Positions 29,704 to 40,168 of a DNA stretch of 64,000 nt are shown here, in pieces. The stretch lies in the NCBI GenBank assembly GCA_913056395.1, contig CAJXMG010000002.1, positions 17,353 through 81,352 on the forward strand, written 5' to 3'. Made by a program: the position numbers and the translations under genes. Under the pieces are notes generated by a model. That model made no database searches, was not told the origin of the DNA, and saw only the letters and a program-made list of their open reading frames with translations. The DNA comes from an uncultured bacterium (GTDB lineage Bacteria; Planctomycetota; UBA8108; UBA1146). How positions within the stretch are numbered: the stretch's first letter is position 1; every line of letters starts with the position of its first letter.

Positions 29704-31749
29704 TCAGGGGCAGGATGGGTGCTCAGAACATGAAAAGTGAGCCCCAAGAGGCGCGATTCCACATTCGGGGAAGGGCGATGGTGGACTGGCTCCACCGGAA
29801 AACTCATAGAAGAGCAGGTAGAGACCATCAGAGATATCCAGGAATCCATCGCCATTGGCATCCGCTGCTTCCTCACAGTTGATGATCACGAGATCACCGA
29901 AAACCCTTGAGATCAGCAGTACCGCATCCGCCAGCCGAACTCCGGGAGTACCATCCGCATCTCCTCGGATAAAAGTCGGTTCGCATTCATCTACGTACTC
30001 ATTGGCATTGGTATTCAGCAGTGGGTCACTCAAATCGCAAAGATCCGGATGCAGGTTGCCGTTACAATCCTCAACCACTCCTGACAGGACTGCGCAAACA
30101 TCGGGCAGGCCATCCTGATCACAATCGTCTTCACAGATATCCGGCAGACCATTTCCGTCACAATCTGACAATTGCCCGTTGCTGATCTCACACTCGTCCA
30201 GTTGACCGTTCTGATCACAGTCATTTGCGGGTATGAGAACTTCACAGACGTCAGGTTCTCCATTTTGGTTACAGTCTTGCTGACAAACGTCGGGAATCAG
30301 ATCCTCGTTGCAGTCCGACACCAGACCCAATGTTGTGGAACATTCGTCGGGGACACCGTCCGCGTCACAATCTGCAACTCCTCCTGAAAGGGTCGAACAA
30401 CTGTCGGGAACAAGATCCCCATCACAATCCGCAACCAGGCCCTCAGCGATGGCACAGGAATCGGGGATACCGTCGAGATCGCAGTCGTTTTCAGCGCCTG
30501 AGACGATCTCGCAGGCATCGGGTTCACCATCTCCGTCACAATCCTTGTCTCCACTGACCGAGAACTTCACTCCCCCTCCAAGAACAGCGGAAGTCGAATC
30601 GAGAGGAGCTCCTGCGAAGATCATTCCCTTGTCCATGGCGAGAGCCGATCCGAGAAATGACCCTGCGTATCCAGTCATATCACTCTCGTGGACCCACTCC
30701 TGAAGATAGCGGTAGATGCGAACTCTTCCCGTTGGCATCGCCTCATTGCCCATGTCCATGGGAGCTCCCACTGCCAACAGATTTCCATCGATGGCAAGGG
30801 TTGCTCCAAATCCGGTTCCGGATGAACCGCTATCCGGTGTCAGGAAGGGTTGAAGAATCCAGACCGAGTTCGACCGACGATAGGAAACCACTTGTCCGGC
30901 AAAGGGCCCTGAAAAACTGGAGTAAGGACTACCTATGAAAGCGTAATCAGACAGGAGGCAGACAGAGGTTCCAAAGCGGTCACCGGGCTGTGCCACATTG
31001 TTGCCAAATCTGGCGGATTCAAACCAACCGTCAGAACCACCTGAGTACAGAATGGCGATTCCACTATCGACCCCTGAAGCATCTCTGCCGGGAGACCCGA
31101 CCAGAAGTTGCCCAAGACTGTCGACCGAAATGGAGGTTCCGAAGTTGTCCCCTTCCACTCGATCATCCGCCAACAGCCTCTCTTCGAATTGCCATTGGCC
31201 CATGGAATTCAGGCGCCAAACTGTGACGCAGCCTGCTTCACCAACATCGGTGATAAATGTGGGACTACCGACGACCAGAACACCATCTTTCAGGGCCAGG
31301 CTACTGCCAAAGCCATCCCCATCTTCACCCTGGCTATCGACAACGATGGAATGGTAAACCCAGCCGAATCGGTCCCTCTTCCACATCTCGATGTAGCCGA
31401 GACCCGCAGCGCCGATGGCAAGCCAATTCCCATCCGCTGCCAGAGAAGATCCATACTCTGCACCGGATAATCCACTGAAGACATGCTCCAACTGGTAACC
31501 GGAGACACCTCTCTTGAAAGAACGAACACTGCCACTGAGGAAACCACCACCATCATCACCGATGGCGCCGACAAACACCCTTCCGCCACTCACAGCCACA
31601 GAGCGTCCAACCCGATCACCGGGATTGATCCCGAAGACTTGTAAATCATCTTCCACGCACTGGGACCAGAGTTGAGGTCCCTGAAGCGCTGCGATCAGAC
31701 AGAGGATCTGAATCGACAACCGGAAAATCCGGGAAAATTGGGGTGGCAT
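29704..31749 (-). CDS. Secreted FG-GAP beta-propeller + ~11 Ca-binding DCxx(D/N)xxxDxC repeats + dockerin
   Basis: Repeated FGxSxA...VGAP/VGSP units; 10 intact and 1 degenerate D-C-x6-D-x-C repeats; FIRGDADGTPGVRLAD...ADANGDGFLDISD tail. Confidence 0.85.
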   Translation of the reverse strand: MPPQFSRIFRLSIQILCLIAALQGPQLWSQCVEDDLQVFGINPGDRVGRSVAVSGGRVFVGAIGDDGGGFLSGSVRSFKRGVSGYQLEHVFSGLSGAEYGSSLAADGNWLAIGAAGLGYIEMWKRDRFGWVYHSIVVDSQGEDGDGFGSSLALKDGVLVVGSPTFITDVGEAGCVTVWRLNSMGQWQFEERLLADDRVEGDNFGTSISVDSLGQLLVGSPGRDASGVDSGIAILYSGGSDGWFESARFGNNVAQPGDRFGTSVCLLSDYAFIGSPYSSFSGPFAGQVVSYRRSNSVWILQPFLTPDSGSSGTGFGATLAIDGNLLAVGAPMDMGNEAMPTGRVRIYRYLQEWVHESDMTGYAGSFLGSALAMDKGMIFAGAPLDSTSAVLGGGVKFSVSGDKDCDGDGEPDACEIVSGAENDCDLDGIPDSCAIAEGLVADCDGDLVPDSCSTLSGGVADCDADGVPDECSTTLGLVSDCNEDLIPDVCQQDCNQNGEPDVCEVLIPANDCDQNGQLDECEISNGQLSDCDGNGLPDICEDDCDQDGLPDVCAVLSGVVEDCNGNLHPDLCDLSDPLLNTNANEYVDECEPTFIRGDADGTPGVRLADAVLLISRVFGDLVIINCEEAADANGDGFLDISDGLYLLFYEFSGGASPPSPFPECGIAPLGAHFSCSEHPSCP

Positions 31750-31887
31750 TTTGGGACCATTCTCACAGGGGATGAATGCGATCAGAGGGCGCACTGGAAG
31801 AACACTGTGAGATCAATTCAAGCCGTCCTTCCGGAAGTGTCAATCCCGGAAGGACGGCCCAATAACATCAGTCAGGTAAGGCAGAGA

Positions 31888-33294
31888 CTAGCCCTTGAGA
31901 GGATCTCCCAAGCGACGTGGCCAATGATCGTCCGGCGGAGGAGCATCGAGATCTCCACCAGGCCTGATGTGATCAAGAATGCCTTCTTCTTCCTTGTCGT
32001 ACTGAATCTTGCCGTTGACGAAAGCCCAACGGACCAGAGTCATGTAACTGAGCAGATCACCGTCGGTGATGATGAAGTCGGCATCTTTTCCCACCTCGAG
32101 GGAGCCCACACGATCAGCCACACCCAGCAACCTCGCCGGTTCGATGGTGATCGCTTCGATGGCAACCTGTTCTGGCAAACCGCCTCTTACCGCAAAGGCT
32201 GCCTCCAGAGGAAGGTGAGAGAGATCCCGCCCGGCCAGTCCCCAAAGAGCAATCCCGGTACTTTGTGGAATGATGACCAGCGGTACACCGGCATCGTGGA
32301 GCATCTTTGCATTCTCAATGCTCGATCCGCTTTCACGGTTGAGATCCTCATTGGCATCCACGCGGGCGCGAGGCGAAATGACGGCGCTGGCTCCGGTTCT
32401 CGAAAGAACTCCGGGGTCGATCCACCCCTCCTCGGCTCCTTCAAAGACGATTTCAAAACCGTATTTGCGGGCCAAAGCAGAATACTCGCGAATCTCCGCC
32501 ATCGAACGGGCACGTACCAACGCCTGGCTTTCTCCGGTAAGCAAACTGCGAACCGTGGCGTAGATCCCCTTGATCCATTTGTCATCCGGGGCTTTCGCTT
32601 CAGGATCTTTTTTCTTCTCCTCGGCGTGGCGCTCCAACGCTCTCAGGTGCTCCTGAACCCGATCCATCGCACGGCGCAGTTCACTGCGGCCTCTGGGATT
32701 CCTGTAGCTGTAATTGATACTGCTGAAGGATTTGGGACGGATGGTCAGGTCCTCGAGGCTTCCATGAACCAGCTTGGTGACTCTCGAGCCGTTCCAGGTG
32801 GCAGTGATGCCGGCGGCCAGACCCATCGTCGTATCGAGATCGAAGGGGTCCTGGCTCTTCTCCGCTTCACCGGAACCGACCAATCCGGAAGAACGAAACG
32901 CGACCAGACCCGGATAAACATGGTGCCCCGTCGCGTCGATCACCTCTGCCCCCTCGGGGCCATCCACAGGACCGGCAACGATCTGATAGATCTTGCCGTT
33001 CTTGCAGATCAGGGTTCCGTTTCTGTGGGTTCCACCTGTCACGGTGTGAAGGGTGGCACCACGGATGACGAGGTATTCATCCTCCGAGTCCGCGGCGACG
33101 ATCTCCTTCTTCTCCGGCTCCGGTTCCGGTGCGGGAGGAGGAGGTTGACGGCGGCGTCCTCGACGGCGACGGGGAGGATCTTGTGCTTCCGAGATGCTCT
33201 CGCACAAACTGTAGCCACCCGGAATCACCGGCATGTCCGTGAAGACGATGACAAAAGCCAACAGAGCGGTGATGGTTCGAATCTTCTTCAACAT
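31888..33294 (-). CDS. Secreted amidohydrolase-fold protein, paralog 8 (metal ligands absent)
   Basis: IDATGHHVYPGLVAFRSS (no HxH) and the ITIEPARLLGVADRVGSLEVGKDAD composite domain; Arg/Pro-rich linker after the N-terminal hydrophobic segment. Confidence 0.82.
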   Translation of the reverse strand: MLKKIRTITALLAFVIVFTDMPVIPGGYSLCESISEAQDPPRRRRGRRRQPPPPAPEPEPEKKEIVAADSEDEYLVIRGATLHTVTGGTHRNGTLICKNGKIYQIVAGPVDGPEGAEVIDATGHHVYPGLVAFRSSGLVGSGEAEKSQDPFDLDTTMGLAAGITATWNGSRVTKLVHGSLEDLTIRPKSFSSINYSYRNPRGRSELRRAMDRVQEHLRALERHAEEKKKDPEAKAPDDKWIKGIYATVRSLLTGESQALVRARSMAEIREYSALARKYGFEIVFEGAEEGWIDPGVLSRTGASAVISPRARVDANEDLNRESGSSIENAKMLHDAGVPLVIIPQSTGIALWGLAGRDLSHLPLEAAFAVRGGLPEQVAIEAITIEPARLLGVADRVGSLEVGKDADFIITDGDLLSYMTLVRWAFVNGKIQYDKEEEGILDHIRPGGDLDAPPPDDHWPRRLGDPLKG

Positions 33295-34613
33295 CAGCGA
33301 CCCTCCCGATCCCAGACCACTTCACCGGAGATGATGGTCTTCATGACTTTCACTCCCGGGTCGAGTAACGATCCATTGAGAAGAATCAGGTGGGCTGCTT
33401 TGCCCTCCTCGATCGTCCCCATCTGATCACCCAGTCCCAAAAACTTTGCCGGGGCAGAAGTCAGTGAGGCGATCGCATCTTCTTCAGACATTCCATAACG
33501 AACCTGCTCCGCCATATATCCAGGCAGTTCTCTCATGCCACTGGCACTGTCAGAGCGCGGCAGGGAGATCACAGAACACCCTCCCCGTGAGAGTGCCGCT
33601 GGAACATGGTAGCGGTAGTAGGTATCGGGCAAAGCGCTCATCCCGGGAGGAATCATGACCGTCGCCTTGCGCTCGATCAGTTCATCGACCACTTCATGGA
33701 ACGCACCGTTGCGACTTCCCGGCAAAACGAAGATCGATGGTGGATCCCGATCCTCCAACTCCTTGACGCTCGACATCGCCGCATCCACGTGCAGCATCGA
33801 ACCGGGAGAAGAGATCGAGATGACCAGCGGCATGGCGGAAGATTTCTCTTCGAGAATGTCCACCAGCGGAACCAGAGCAGGATTCATCGGCGGAGCCTTG
33901 AACTCCTTGGGACCTTCGTCTTTTTTCGACTTGTCCCCCTTCTCGGCTGCAGCCTTGTCCTTGTCGCCTTTTTCCGCTTCCTTCTTCTTCGCCTCTTCTG
34001 CGGCCTTCTTGGCCTCTTCCTGCTTTTTGTCCCACTCTTCCCGAGCCTTCTTCGCCTTTTCGATCTCCTTGCGGGCACCATCGAAGGCCTGAGACACGGT
34101 TCGGTAGAGTGAAGTAGAGCCTGTCACCGTCAGCGGCAGATAGACCGACTCCTTGAGGATGCGGTTCTCTGCTTCAGGTGCGGTGTGCACGATGACCGCT
34201 TGTCCGTGAAATCCGGTTCCGGCAGGAACAAAGGCGGCAGCAACAAAGCCTGCCTCCAGAAAAGATTCCCAATCCATTTCCGAGTCGACCCAGCGATTGA
34301 GAACCGTCTGGTCACAACCCACACCGCTGACTCTTCCACCGATCAAACCCTGGCTCGTTCGGGAGAGAACCAGTCCCGCCATCAATGTCTGATTCCGGGC
34401 CTCGATAATTTTGGCGTTGTCAGGAATCTCGAGCTGGTTGCCAATCAGGGTGATCTTGCCATCTTCGATGACCACTTCACCGGGACTGATCGTCTCACCG
34501 GTACCGGTGATCACCGAGCCCGCACGAATGACCGTGACCCGGTCCTCCGCCAGCAGATCCGAGGAGACCCCCGCCACCAAGGCAAGGATCCAGGTCCATT
34601 GAATGATTCTCAT
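33294..34613 (-). CDS. Secreted amidohydrolase-fold protein, paralog 7 (metal ligands absent)
   Basis: Signal peptide; TLMAGLVLSRTS in place of PGxxDxHxH; LTSAPAKFLGLGDQMGTIEEGKAAH; Lys/Glu-rich insert. Confidence 0.82.
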   Translation of the reverse strand: MRIIQWTWILALVAGVSSDLLAEDRVTVIRAGSVITGTGETISPGEVVIEDGKITLIGNQLEIPDNAKIIEARNQTLMAGLVLSRTSQGLIGGRVSGVGCDQTVLNRWVDSEMDWESFLEAGFVAAAFVPAGTGFHGQAVIVHTAPEAENRILKESVYLPLTVTGSTSLYRTVSQAFDGARKEIEKAKKAREEWDKKQEEAKKAAEEAKKKEAEKGDKDKAAAEKGDKSKKDEGPKEFKAPPMNPALVPLVDILEEKSSAMPLVISISSPGSMLHVDAAMSSVKELEDRDPPSIFVLPGSRNGAFHEVVDELIERKATVMIPPGMSALPDTYYRYHVPAALSRGGCSVISLPRSDSASGMRELPGYMAEQVRYGMSEEDAIASLTSAPAKFLGLGDQMGTIEEGKAAHLILLNGSLLDPGVKVMKTIISGEVVWDREGR

Positions 34614-35854
34614 TAGAAAACCCTCTTCTCACTGGCTTCGTAGGTGACCTCACCATCGATCACCGTCATCTCGCAGGATGAACGGGGGTCGATCGGGTCA
34701 CCGGTCCAAAGGCAAAAATCAGCGTCGAGCCCCACAGTGATGCTGCCGAGACGATGGTCCATCATCAGTGCTTCCGCGGGGATTTTGGTGATGCCCTTCA
34801 GCGCCTCGTAGGGTTTCCAACCGTAGTAGCAGGCCATGCTCGCCTGGTAGGCCAACTCTTCCTGCGGCACCACCGGAGAGTCGGTGTTGATACCCAGCTT
34901 GCGCACACCCCCCTGCCACCAGCGGGCAGCATTGCCCATCAGGCGTCTCTGGGTGCGGTCGTAGTGCAGCTGTCTCGGTCCATTGATGGTGTAAATCGAC
35001 TCGTCTGCATTGACGAGCGGAGCCACTTTCCAGGCGTCGAAGGTGGAGTGGTCCAGCACCGTACGGATGTTGAATTCTCCTGCAACCATTTTGACGGTGG
35101 TCATCAGCACCTGGTAAATCTGGGTGTGAACCGAAGCCACGGTTTCACGACGGAACAGCGGTCTAAACTCTTCCCAGTTCAGGTTGAAAGCGGGCTCGAC
35201 CTCGAGGCGACCCTCTTCCCACTCGGTTCTTGCCAAGTGGTAATCCCGTGCTTTGCGCAGGGTCTGACGGGTGTTGAAGTTCATGAAGGAACGTCCCACA
35301 CCGTAGAAGTAACGCTCCGGGTTTCCTGCCTGGGCGATCTTCAGGGATCCGGGAGCCTTGATGACGGATTCCGCAACGGTGCCCTCGGAGGTCTTCATGA
35401 TCGTACCGAAGCCGGACATGTTGTTTCCGCTACCCGGGATCGTCAATACCGTCGTCACACCACCGGCGCGAGCGCGAATCATCTCCGGGTTGTCGGGGAC
35501 GATGGATTCCAGCGTGCGCAATCCGGGGTTTGTCAGATAGACGTAGTCATGGAGGTCGGGAGAGCCACCTCCGGTGTGGTTGTGGCACTCGACAAAGCCG
35601 GGAACCAGCCACAGATCCTTGTGCTCAAAGACCTTTGCTCCGGCGGGGATCATGATCTCTTTCGATTTCCCCACCGCCGTGATCTTTCCATTTTCGACGA
35701 TCACGGTGGCATTGTTGATCACCCGCTCTTCGGTATCAAAGGTCACCACCTTGCCGACCTTGAATGCCAGGGTCTCGGCGGTTGCATCCGCCGAAAGACA
35801 AACGAGGAACAGGAAGGCCAGGCTGAAAATCCATTGATTGGCAGAGATCCTCAT
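34613..35854 (-). CDS. Secreted amidohydrolase, paralog 6 (complete binuclear metal site)
   Basis: PGFVECHNH (HxH), SLKIA (candidate carbamylated Lys), SVHTQ, LDHST and INTDSP; ATG 35854 overlaps the upstream stop. Confidence 0.88.
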   Translation of the reverse strand: MRISANQWIFSLAFLFLVCLSADATAETLAFKVGKVVTFDTEERVINNATVIVENGKITAVGKSKEIMIPAGAKVFEHKDLWLVPGFVECHNHTGGGSPDLHDYVYLTNPGLRTLESIVPDNPEMIRARAGGVTTVLTIPGSGNNMSGFGTIMKTSEGTVAESVIKAPGSLKIAQAGNPERYFYGVGRSFMNFNTRQTLRKARDYHLARTEWEEGRLEVEPAFNLNWEEFRPLFRRETVASVHTQIYQVLMTTVKMVAGEFNIRTVLDHSTFDAWKVAPLVNADESIYTINGPRQLHYDRTQRRLMGNAARWWQGGVRKLGINTDSPVVPQEELAYQASMACYYGWKPYEALKGITKIPAEALMMDHRLGSITVGLDADFCLWTGDPIDPRSSCEMTVIDGEVTYEASEKRVF

Positions 35855-38574
35855 CGTTGGACCTCCTCTCCATTGACAAATACTCGCTCGAGGCGACTGC
35901 CCCCTTCGAAAGGATGACCCTTCCAAATGAGCAGGTCTGCTTCCATGCCGACACCGATCTGACCGATTCGGTCATGGGCGCCGACCACCTTGGCCGCTCC
36001 CCGGGTCAGCGCATCCAGTGCCGCATCCGCAGCCATTCCATTGGCCACTTCTCCACGGACCCTGAAGGGCAATCTGCGGGCACCATCAGCAGCGGAACTT
36101 CTGAAGCCGACTGTCACTCCTGCACGACCCAACCAGGTGGAGGGCATGTAGGTCGTATCTGCAGCCTCAAAGCTCATCTGATCCGGCAGCAACACGGGGA
36201 TCTTCTTCTCCAGAAGCAGATCCTTGTGAAAACGCATGAACTGATCGAGTTGAACGGCAAAAGGGATCTCCTTGCCGGTGAAGTAATCGACCACAGACGG
36301 CAAGGTGTTGAAGCCCCTCACCGACACGAGGACCGGAATCTTCTTTTCCAGTACCGAACGGATCGGCTCCAGAGTCGCCCGGACTCTGGGCGGCCTCGGT
36401 CGACCATCATCGTCCTGCTTCTTCCGACGGGTGACCTTGAAGGTTTTCGCCTCCTTGCTGGTCCGGGTTCCGGAAAGATCCGCCGAGAAGGTCAGGATTG
36501 AAACCTTGCCCTCCATCGAATCTTCACCGGTGAGCTCCGCTTCGATCCGAGGAGTGTCCGGAAGATCTCCTTCGGGAACTTCGATGGTTCCCTGGAGAGT
36601 CGTTCCCTCAAGAGTACCGACGATTCGTACCGGCACCGGCGGTGCAGGCTCGACCAGTCGACCCTCCCACTCTGATCCAGTCAGGGTGATCGAAAGAGTG
36701 GCGCTTTCAGGCTCGGGAATCGGACCACCACTGATGGTCATCTCCCAGATTCCGGTCAGAGGGTCATCCAGTTTCTCTTCCGGAACCTCCTCGACCTCCT
36801 CCTGCTTACTCTTCTCAATCTTCTCCCCGGCCTCTTTTTTCTTCTTCCACTCGGCGAGATCTTTTTCGTATTTTTCCCATGTCTCGAGGTACTTCTGCCC
36901 TTGATCAAAGAGACGACGAATCGCCCCGAATCCACTATCGGAGATTTCCAGGAGAAGCATCGAGTAGTGATCGTCGATCCGCGCTTCACGGCTGTCGCCG
37001 GAAGTTTTGGCGAGAACGCCGATCCCCGCTCCACGCTGCAGTCGCTTCGGTGCCAGCAACTGACTGGTCACTCCAGCCAGAGCCACGCTGTGCTCTCGGT
37101 CACCGGTCACTCCCAACATTCGATGCAATCGATCACCGGTTCCCATCGAGGCGGAGTCCCCCTCCAGTCCCAAATGGCCGTAACAATCGATGAATCCGGG
37201 GGCAAGAAAACTGCCGGGTCCGGCGTCGATCACCTGACAATGCGGCGGGTGAGGAACCCGGTGCCCGACCGCGGTTATTACACCGTTCTCGATCAGGACC
37301 TGAGCATCACTCAACTGTTCCTCAGGAGAGATCCAGATCGTCTCTGCGCTGATCACTTTGGTGTGCTGCTCCTCCGGCTGCCACGCTCTCAGGCCCTCGA
37401 CAAAAACCTCGAGGGGACGGGCGTGAATCTTCCAGGGTGCATCGTTCCAGACGACGATATCGGCGTCCGCTCCGGGATGGAGGTGTCCCACCCGGTCTGC
37501 AACTCCGAGGATGCGGGCCGCATTATGGGTCACCCAGGGAATCACCGATTCCGGGGAATCCATGGCAGCCGCCGCTTCACTCATCGCCCAACCCAACTGG
37601 GAAAGGTCATCACCGGGAGGGGCCAATGCCCAAGCGGGACTCCCCTTCAGATGCGGAAAACCGTGGGAGCGAAGGACGCCTCCGTTGGGAATATCCCCCT
37701 GAGGTCCTCTCATACGCAGGACCACAGGAACTCCGGCATCCGCCAGATCGGCTTCCATGGCGCCGACCATCGCATCCGCCACGAGATATCCCTGACGACC
37801 TTCCGACTGCATCATTTGAATCATGCCCTGGAGATCGGGAGCAGCATCCACAGAGATGCGCATGGGAACTCCAGTGCCCCAGACCTTGGCCAGCTCACCG
37901 TGAGCGAGAGCATCTTTTCCCGCCATATCGATGGCCTCACGCAAAGCGAGAAGACGATCAACCCGGCTGGCGGGTCTCTGCGGGGCGGGTGGTTCAATCT
38001 GAACATCACTGGACGCGGGGAAGGGGATCTCCAGAAGAGGATCGGGATTGTCGACCCGGTCTCTGAGGGAGATTGCCAGATCTGAAGAATCGACCAGCAC
38101 CCTGCCGGAAGGAGCACCCTCCAGCTTCACCACCGCCCCCTGACCCGACATCAGTCGGTGTTCACCGGGATTGACATGAATCGTGGTCACGCCTGTTTCC
38201 AGGAGTGGGCGATGATCGCCGTAGGTGTTGTATCCATCTACCGCACGGAATGCGGCGGAAATCGATTCGTCACCACGGTGGGGACCGACAACCGCACTGG
38301 AGGCCGCAACGAGCCCGGGTGTCACATAGGCGTCAGGCCAATGCAACAGCGGAAGATCACCCACCAAACCGGCGGAGATCTGGGCCCATGGACCACAATC
38401 CACGACACGGCCATCTCGAACGACGATGGCTCCATCCACCAGCGATTGCTGCCCGGTATGCAAATGCCCGGCGCGAAGAACAAAATCTCCGCCTGCCCGG
38501 ACCTCTGCCGATGGGAGCAACACCAGTATCAGGAGCAGTAACCCGGTCAACCGGGTCCACTTGCCTGTCTGCAT
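35851..38574 (-). CDS. Secreted tandem double amidohydrolase-fold protein, paralog 5 (both sites degenerate; beta-rich insert)
   Basis: Domain 1 PGLVAASSA...GHLHPGADAD; domain 2 PGFIDCYGH...GQIGVGMEAD; start ATG 38574 (MQTGKW plus signal peptide). Confidence 0.82.
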   Translation of the reverse strand: MQTGKWTRLTGLLLLILVLLPSAEVRAGGDFVLRAGHLHTGQQSLVDGAIVVRDGRVVDCGPWAQISAGLVGDLPLLHWPDAYVTPGLVAASSAVVGPHRGDESISAAFRAVDGYNTYGDHRPLLETGVTTIHVNPGEHRLMSGQGAVVKLEGAPSGRVLVDSSDLAISLRDRVDNPDPLLEIPFPASSDVQIEPPAPQRPASRVDRLLALREAIDMAGKDALAHGELAKVWGTGVPMRISVDAAPDLQGMIQMMQSEGRQGYLVADAMVGAMEADLADAGVPVVLRMRGPQGDIPNGGVLRSHGFPHLKGSPAWALAPPGDDLSQLGWAMSEAAAAMDSPESVIPWVTHNAARILGVADRVGHLHPGADADIVVWNDAPWKIHARPLEVFVEGLRAWQPEEQHTKVISAETIWISPEEQLSDAQVLIENGVITAVGHRVPHPPHCQVIDAGPGSFLAPGFIDCYGHLGLEGDSASMGTGDRLHRMLGVTGDREHSVALAGVTSQLLAPKRLQRGAGIGVLAKTSGDSREARIDDHYSMLLLEISDSGFGAIRRLFDQGQKYLETWEKYEKDLAEWKKKKEAGEKIEKSKQEEVEEVPEEKLDDPLTGIWEMTISGGPIPEPESATLSITLTGSEWEGRLVEPAPPVPVRIVGTLEGTTLQGTIEVPEGDLPDTPRIEAELTGEDSMEGKVSILTFSADLSGTRTSKEAKTFKVTRRKKQDDDGRPRPPRVRATLEPIRSVLEKKIPVLVSVRGFNTLPSVVDYFTGKEIPFAVQLDQFMRFHKDLLLEKKIPVLLPDQMSFEAADTTYMPSTWLGRAGVTVGFRSSAADGARRLPFRVRGEVANGMAADAALDALTRGAAKVVGAHDRIGQIGVGMEADLLIWKGHPFEGGSRLERVFVNGEEVQR

Positions 38575-38575
38575 C

Positions 38576-40117
38576 CTAGAGTCCTCCCTTGCTTGCCGAA
38601 TCAGTATCCGGCTCGGGGCTGGGGGCGGGTTTCTCTTCGCTCTTGCCATCCTTCTTCAGGGGCTCGGCATCTTCCTGGGTCTCTTCTGACCCTTTGGCTC
38701 CAGCTCCCTCTTCTGTCGAACCTTCTTCTCCCTGGGCTTCCTCGCCGGATGCTCCCTCGGAGGTTTCTTCCATCTCCTTGGATTCGTCAGAACTCTCCCC
38801 TTCTTCCACTTCGGGGAAGAGACGTTGCAGACGGGCATCCATCTCGCGGTCATAGGCGAGGATTCCTTCGATCCAGACCTTCTGAACCCATGAGGTCATC
38901 TCCAGAGGGTTGCCGGTCCACATGACGATGTTGGCCACCTTGCCCTTGTCGATGGATCCGTATTGATCTGCGACTCCACAGATTTCGGCAGCCCCCAGAG
39001 TGATCGTGCGTAATGCCTGTTCCTGCGACATGCCGTTTCGAACCAGACGTGCGGCCTGATAGGTCAGAAGATTTTCCGGTATCACATTGCTGCGACCCGC
39101 CTGCAGGGCGAAACGAATTCTGTTCTTGCGCATCACCTCGGGAATAAAGGTTTCCTCCACCTCTCCGGTGATGGCATCTCTCTCGCGGTGGATCAGATCG
39201 CTGTCGAGAACCACCGGCACCTTGGCCTCTGCAATCTCAGCTGCAGCAAGGTGAGCGTCCCCGGAGAGCACAAGAACCGCCCTTCCGGTCCAGCCCCTGT
39301 CAGCAATCATTGCGATGGCAGGAGCCACATCGGTCGCAGCACCACAATGGATCCAGGCACCCAGCTTTCCGCCATCGAGATAAGCCAAATTGCGGTGACG
39401 ATCGTCGAGGTCCTCTTCACGGATCATCGACTTCCCCTTCTCACGCGCTTCGGCGGGAGGCAAGGGATTCAAATCGTCACTGTTTTCCGCTTCCTGTTCG
39501 TAACGTGTCTCGGCGAGGTTTTCATGCCAGCGATCAAACTCGCTGAAGACACCCCGCAGTTCTGCACGCTGGCGCAAACGGTCGTAACCACCTTTGGGTG
39601 TCACCGACATCTTGAGAGCGATTCCCGGCAAACGGGTCATCTCATCGGGAGAGAGACCGATGGGATGAACGATCCGGCTCACTCCACCCACCACGCAGTT
39701 GTTGCCCTGCATGACGTGAACCGTAGAGATGCCGTTTCTCAGGGAGTTTTCAAAGAAGAAACGGGAAGGGTCGATGGCGTCGTAGACATCGACGAAGGGG
39801 GCCACCGAAAGATTCTCGTTGGGAATGTCCAATCCGGCGGGGTTGTGGGCATCCACCAACCCGGGTGCCAGGATCATTCCGCTGCAATCCACTTCCATGG
39901 CATCGTAGGGAACTTCCATGTCTGCTCCGCCTACCGCCTGAATGATGCCATTCTCGATCAGAATGGTTCCATCGACGACGGGTGCGCCGGAGACGGTCAG
40001 GATCTTGCCGCCTGTCAGGGCCACCTTGGGAGATGACTGGGCTTCTGCGACTCCCTGCTGAAAGAACAGCAGGAGGGCGATTCCCAGAGTCAGGAATTTG
40101 TGAGTCAGGGTCGACAT
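38576..40117 (-). CDS. Secreted amidohydrolase-fold protein, paralog 4 (partial metal site; acidic C-terminal tail)
   Basis: PGLVDAHNP (one His), ALKMS, WIHCG, no catalytic Asp in FALQAG; GSIDKGKVAN; long E/S/G-rich tail. Confidence 0.82.
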   Translation of the reverse strand: MSTLTHKFLTLGIALLLFFQQGVAEAQSSPKVALTGGKILTVSGAPVVDGTILIENGIIQAVGGADMEVPYDAMEVDCSGMILAPGLVDAHNPAGLDIPNENLSVAPFVDVYDAIDPSRFFFENSLRNGISTVHVMQGNNCVVGGVSRIVHPIGLSPDEMTRLPGIALKMSVTPKGGYDRLRQRAELRGVFSEFDRWHENLAETRYEQEAENSDDLNPLPPAEAREKGKSMIREEDLDDRHRNLAYLDGGKLGAWIHCGAATDVAPAIAMIADRGWTGRAVLVLSGDAHLAAAEIAEAKVPVVLDSDLIHRERDAITGEVEETFIPEVMRKNRIRFALQAGRSNVIPENLLTYQAARLVRNGMSQEQALRTITLGAAEICGVADQYGSIDKGKVANIVMWTGNPLEMTSWVQKVWIEGILAYDREMDARLQRLFPEVEEGESSDESKEMEETSEGASGEEAQGEEGSTEEGAGAKGSEETQEDAEPLKKDGKSEEKPAPSPEPDTDSASKGGL

Positions 40118-40168
40118 CGATTACCTCGGTTTCAATACTTCCTCCGCAGTGCGGGTGGAAGGTTTAGC

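Noticed and set aside
29980..30550. Periodic repeats that might suggest a CRISPR array
   Set aside because: Repetition is at the protein level (DCxxxxxxDxC) inside an ORF, with degenerate DNA, no unique spacers and no cas genes.
31672..33426. 584-aa plus-strand ORF, and similar long antisense ORFs at 34754-35917, 36901-38085, 40469-41773, 48273-49301 and 58635-59822
   Set aside because: Each lies antisense to a well-supported gene and has no recognisable motifs; these are typical shadow ORFs of GC-biased codon usage.
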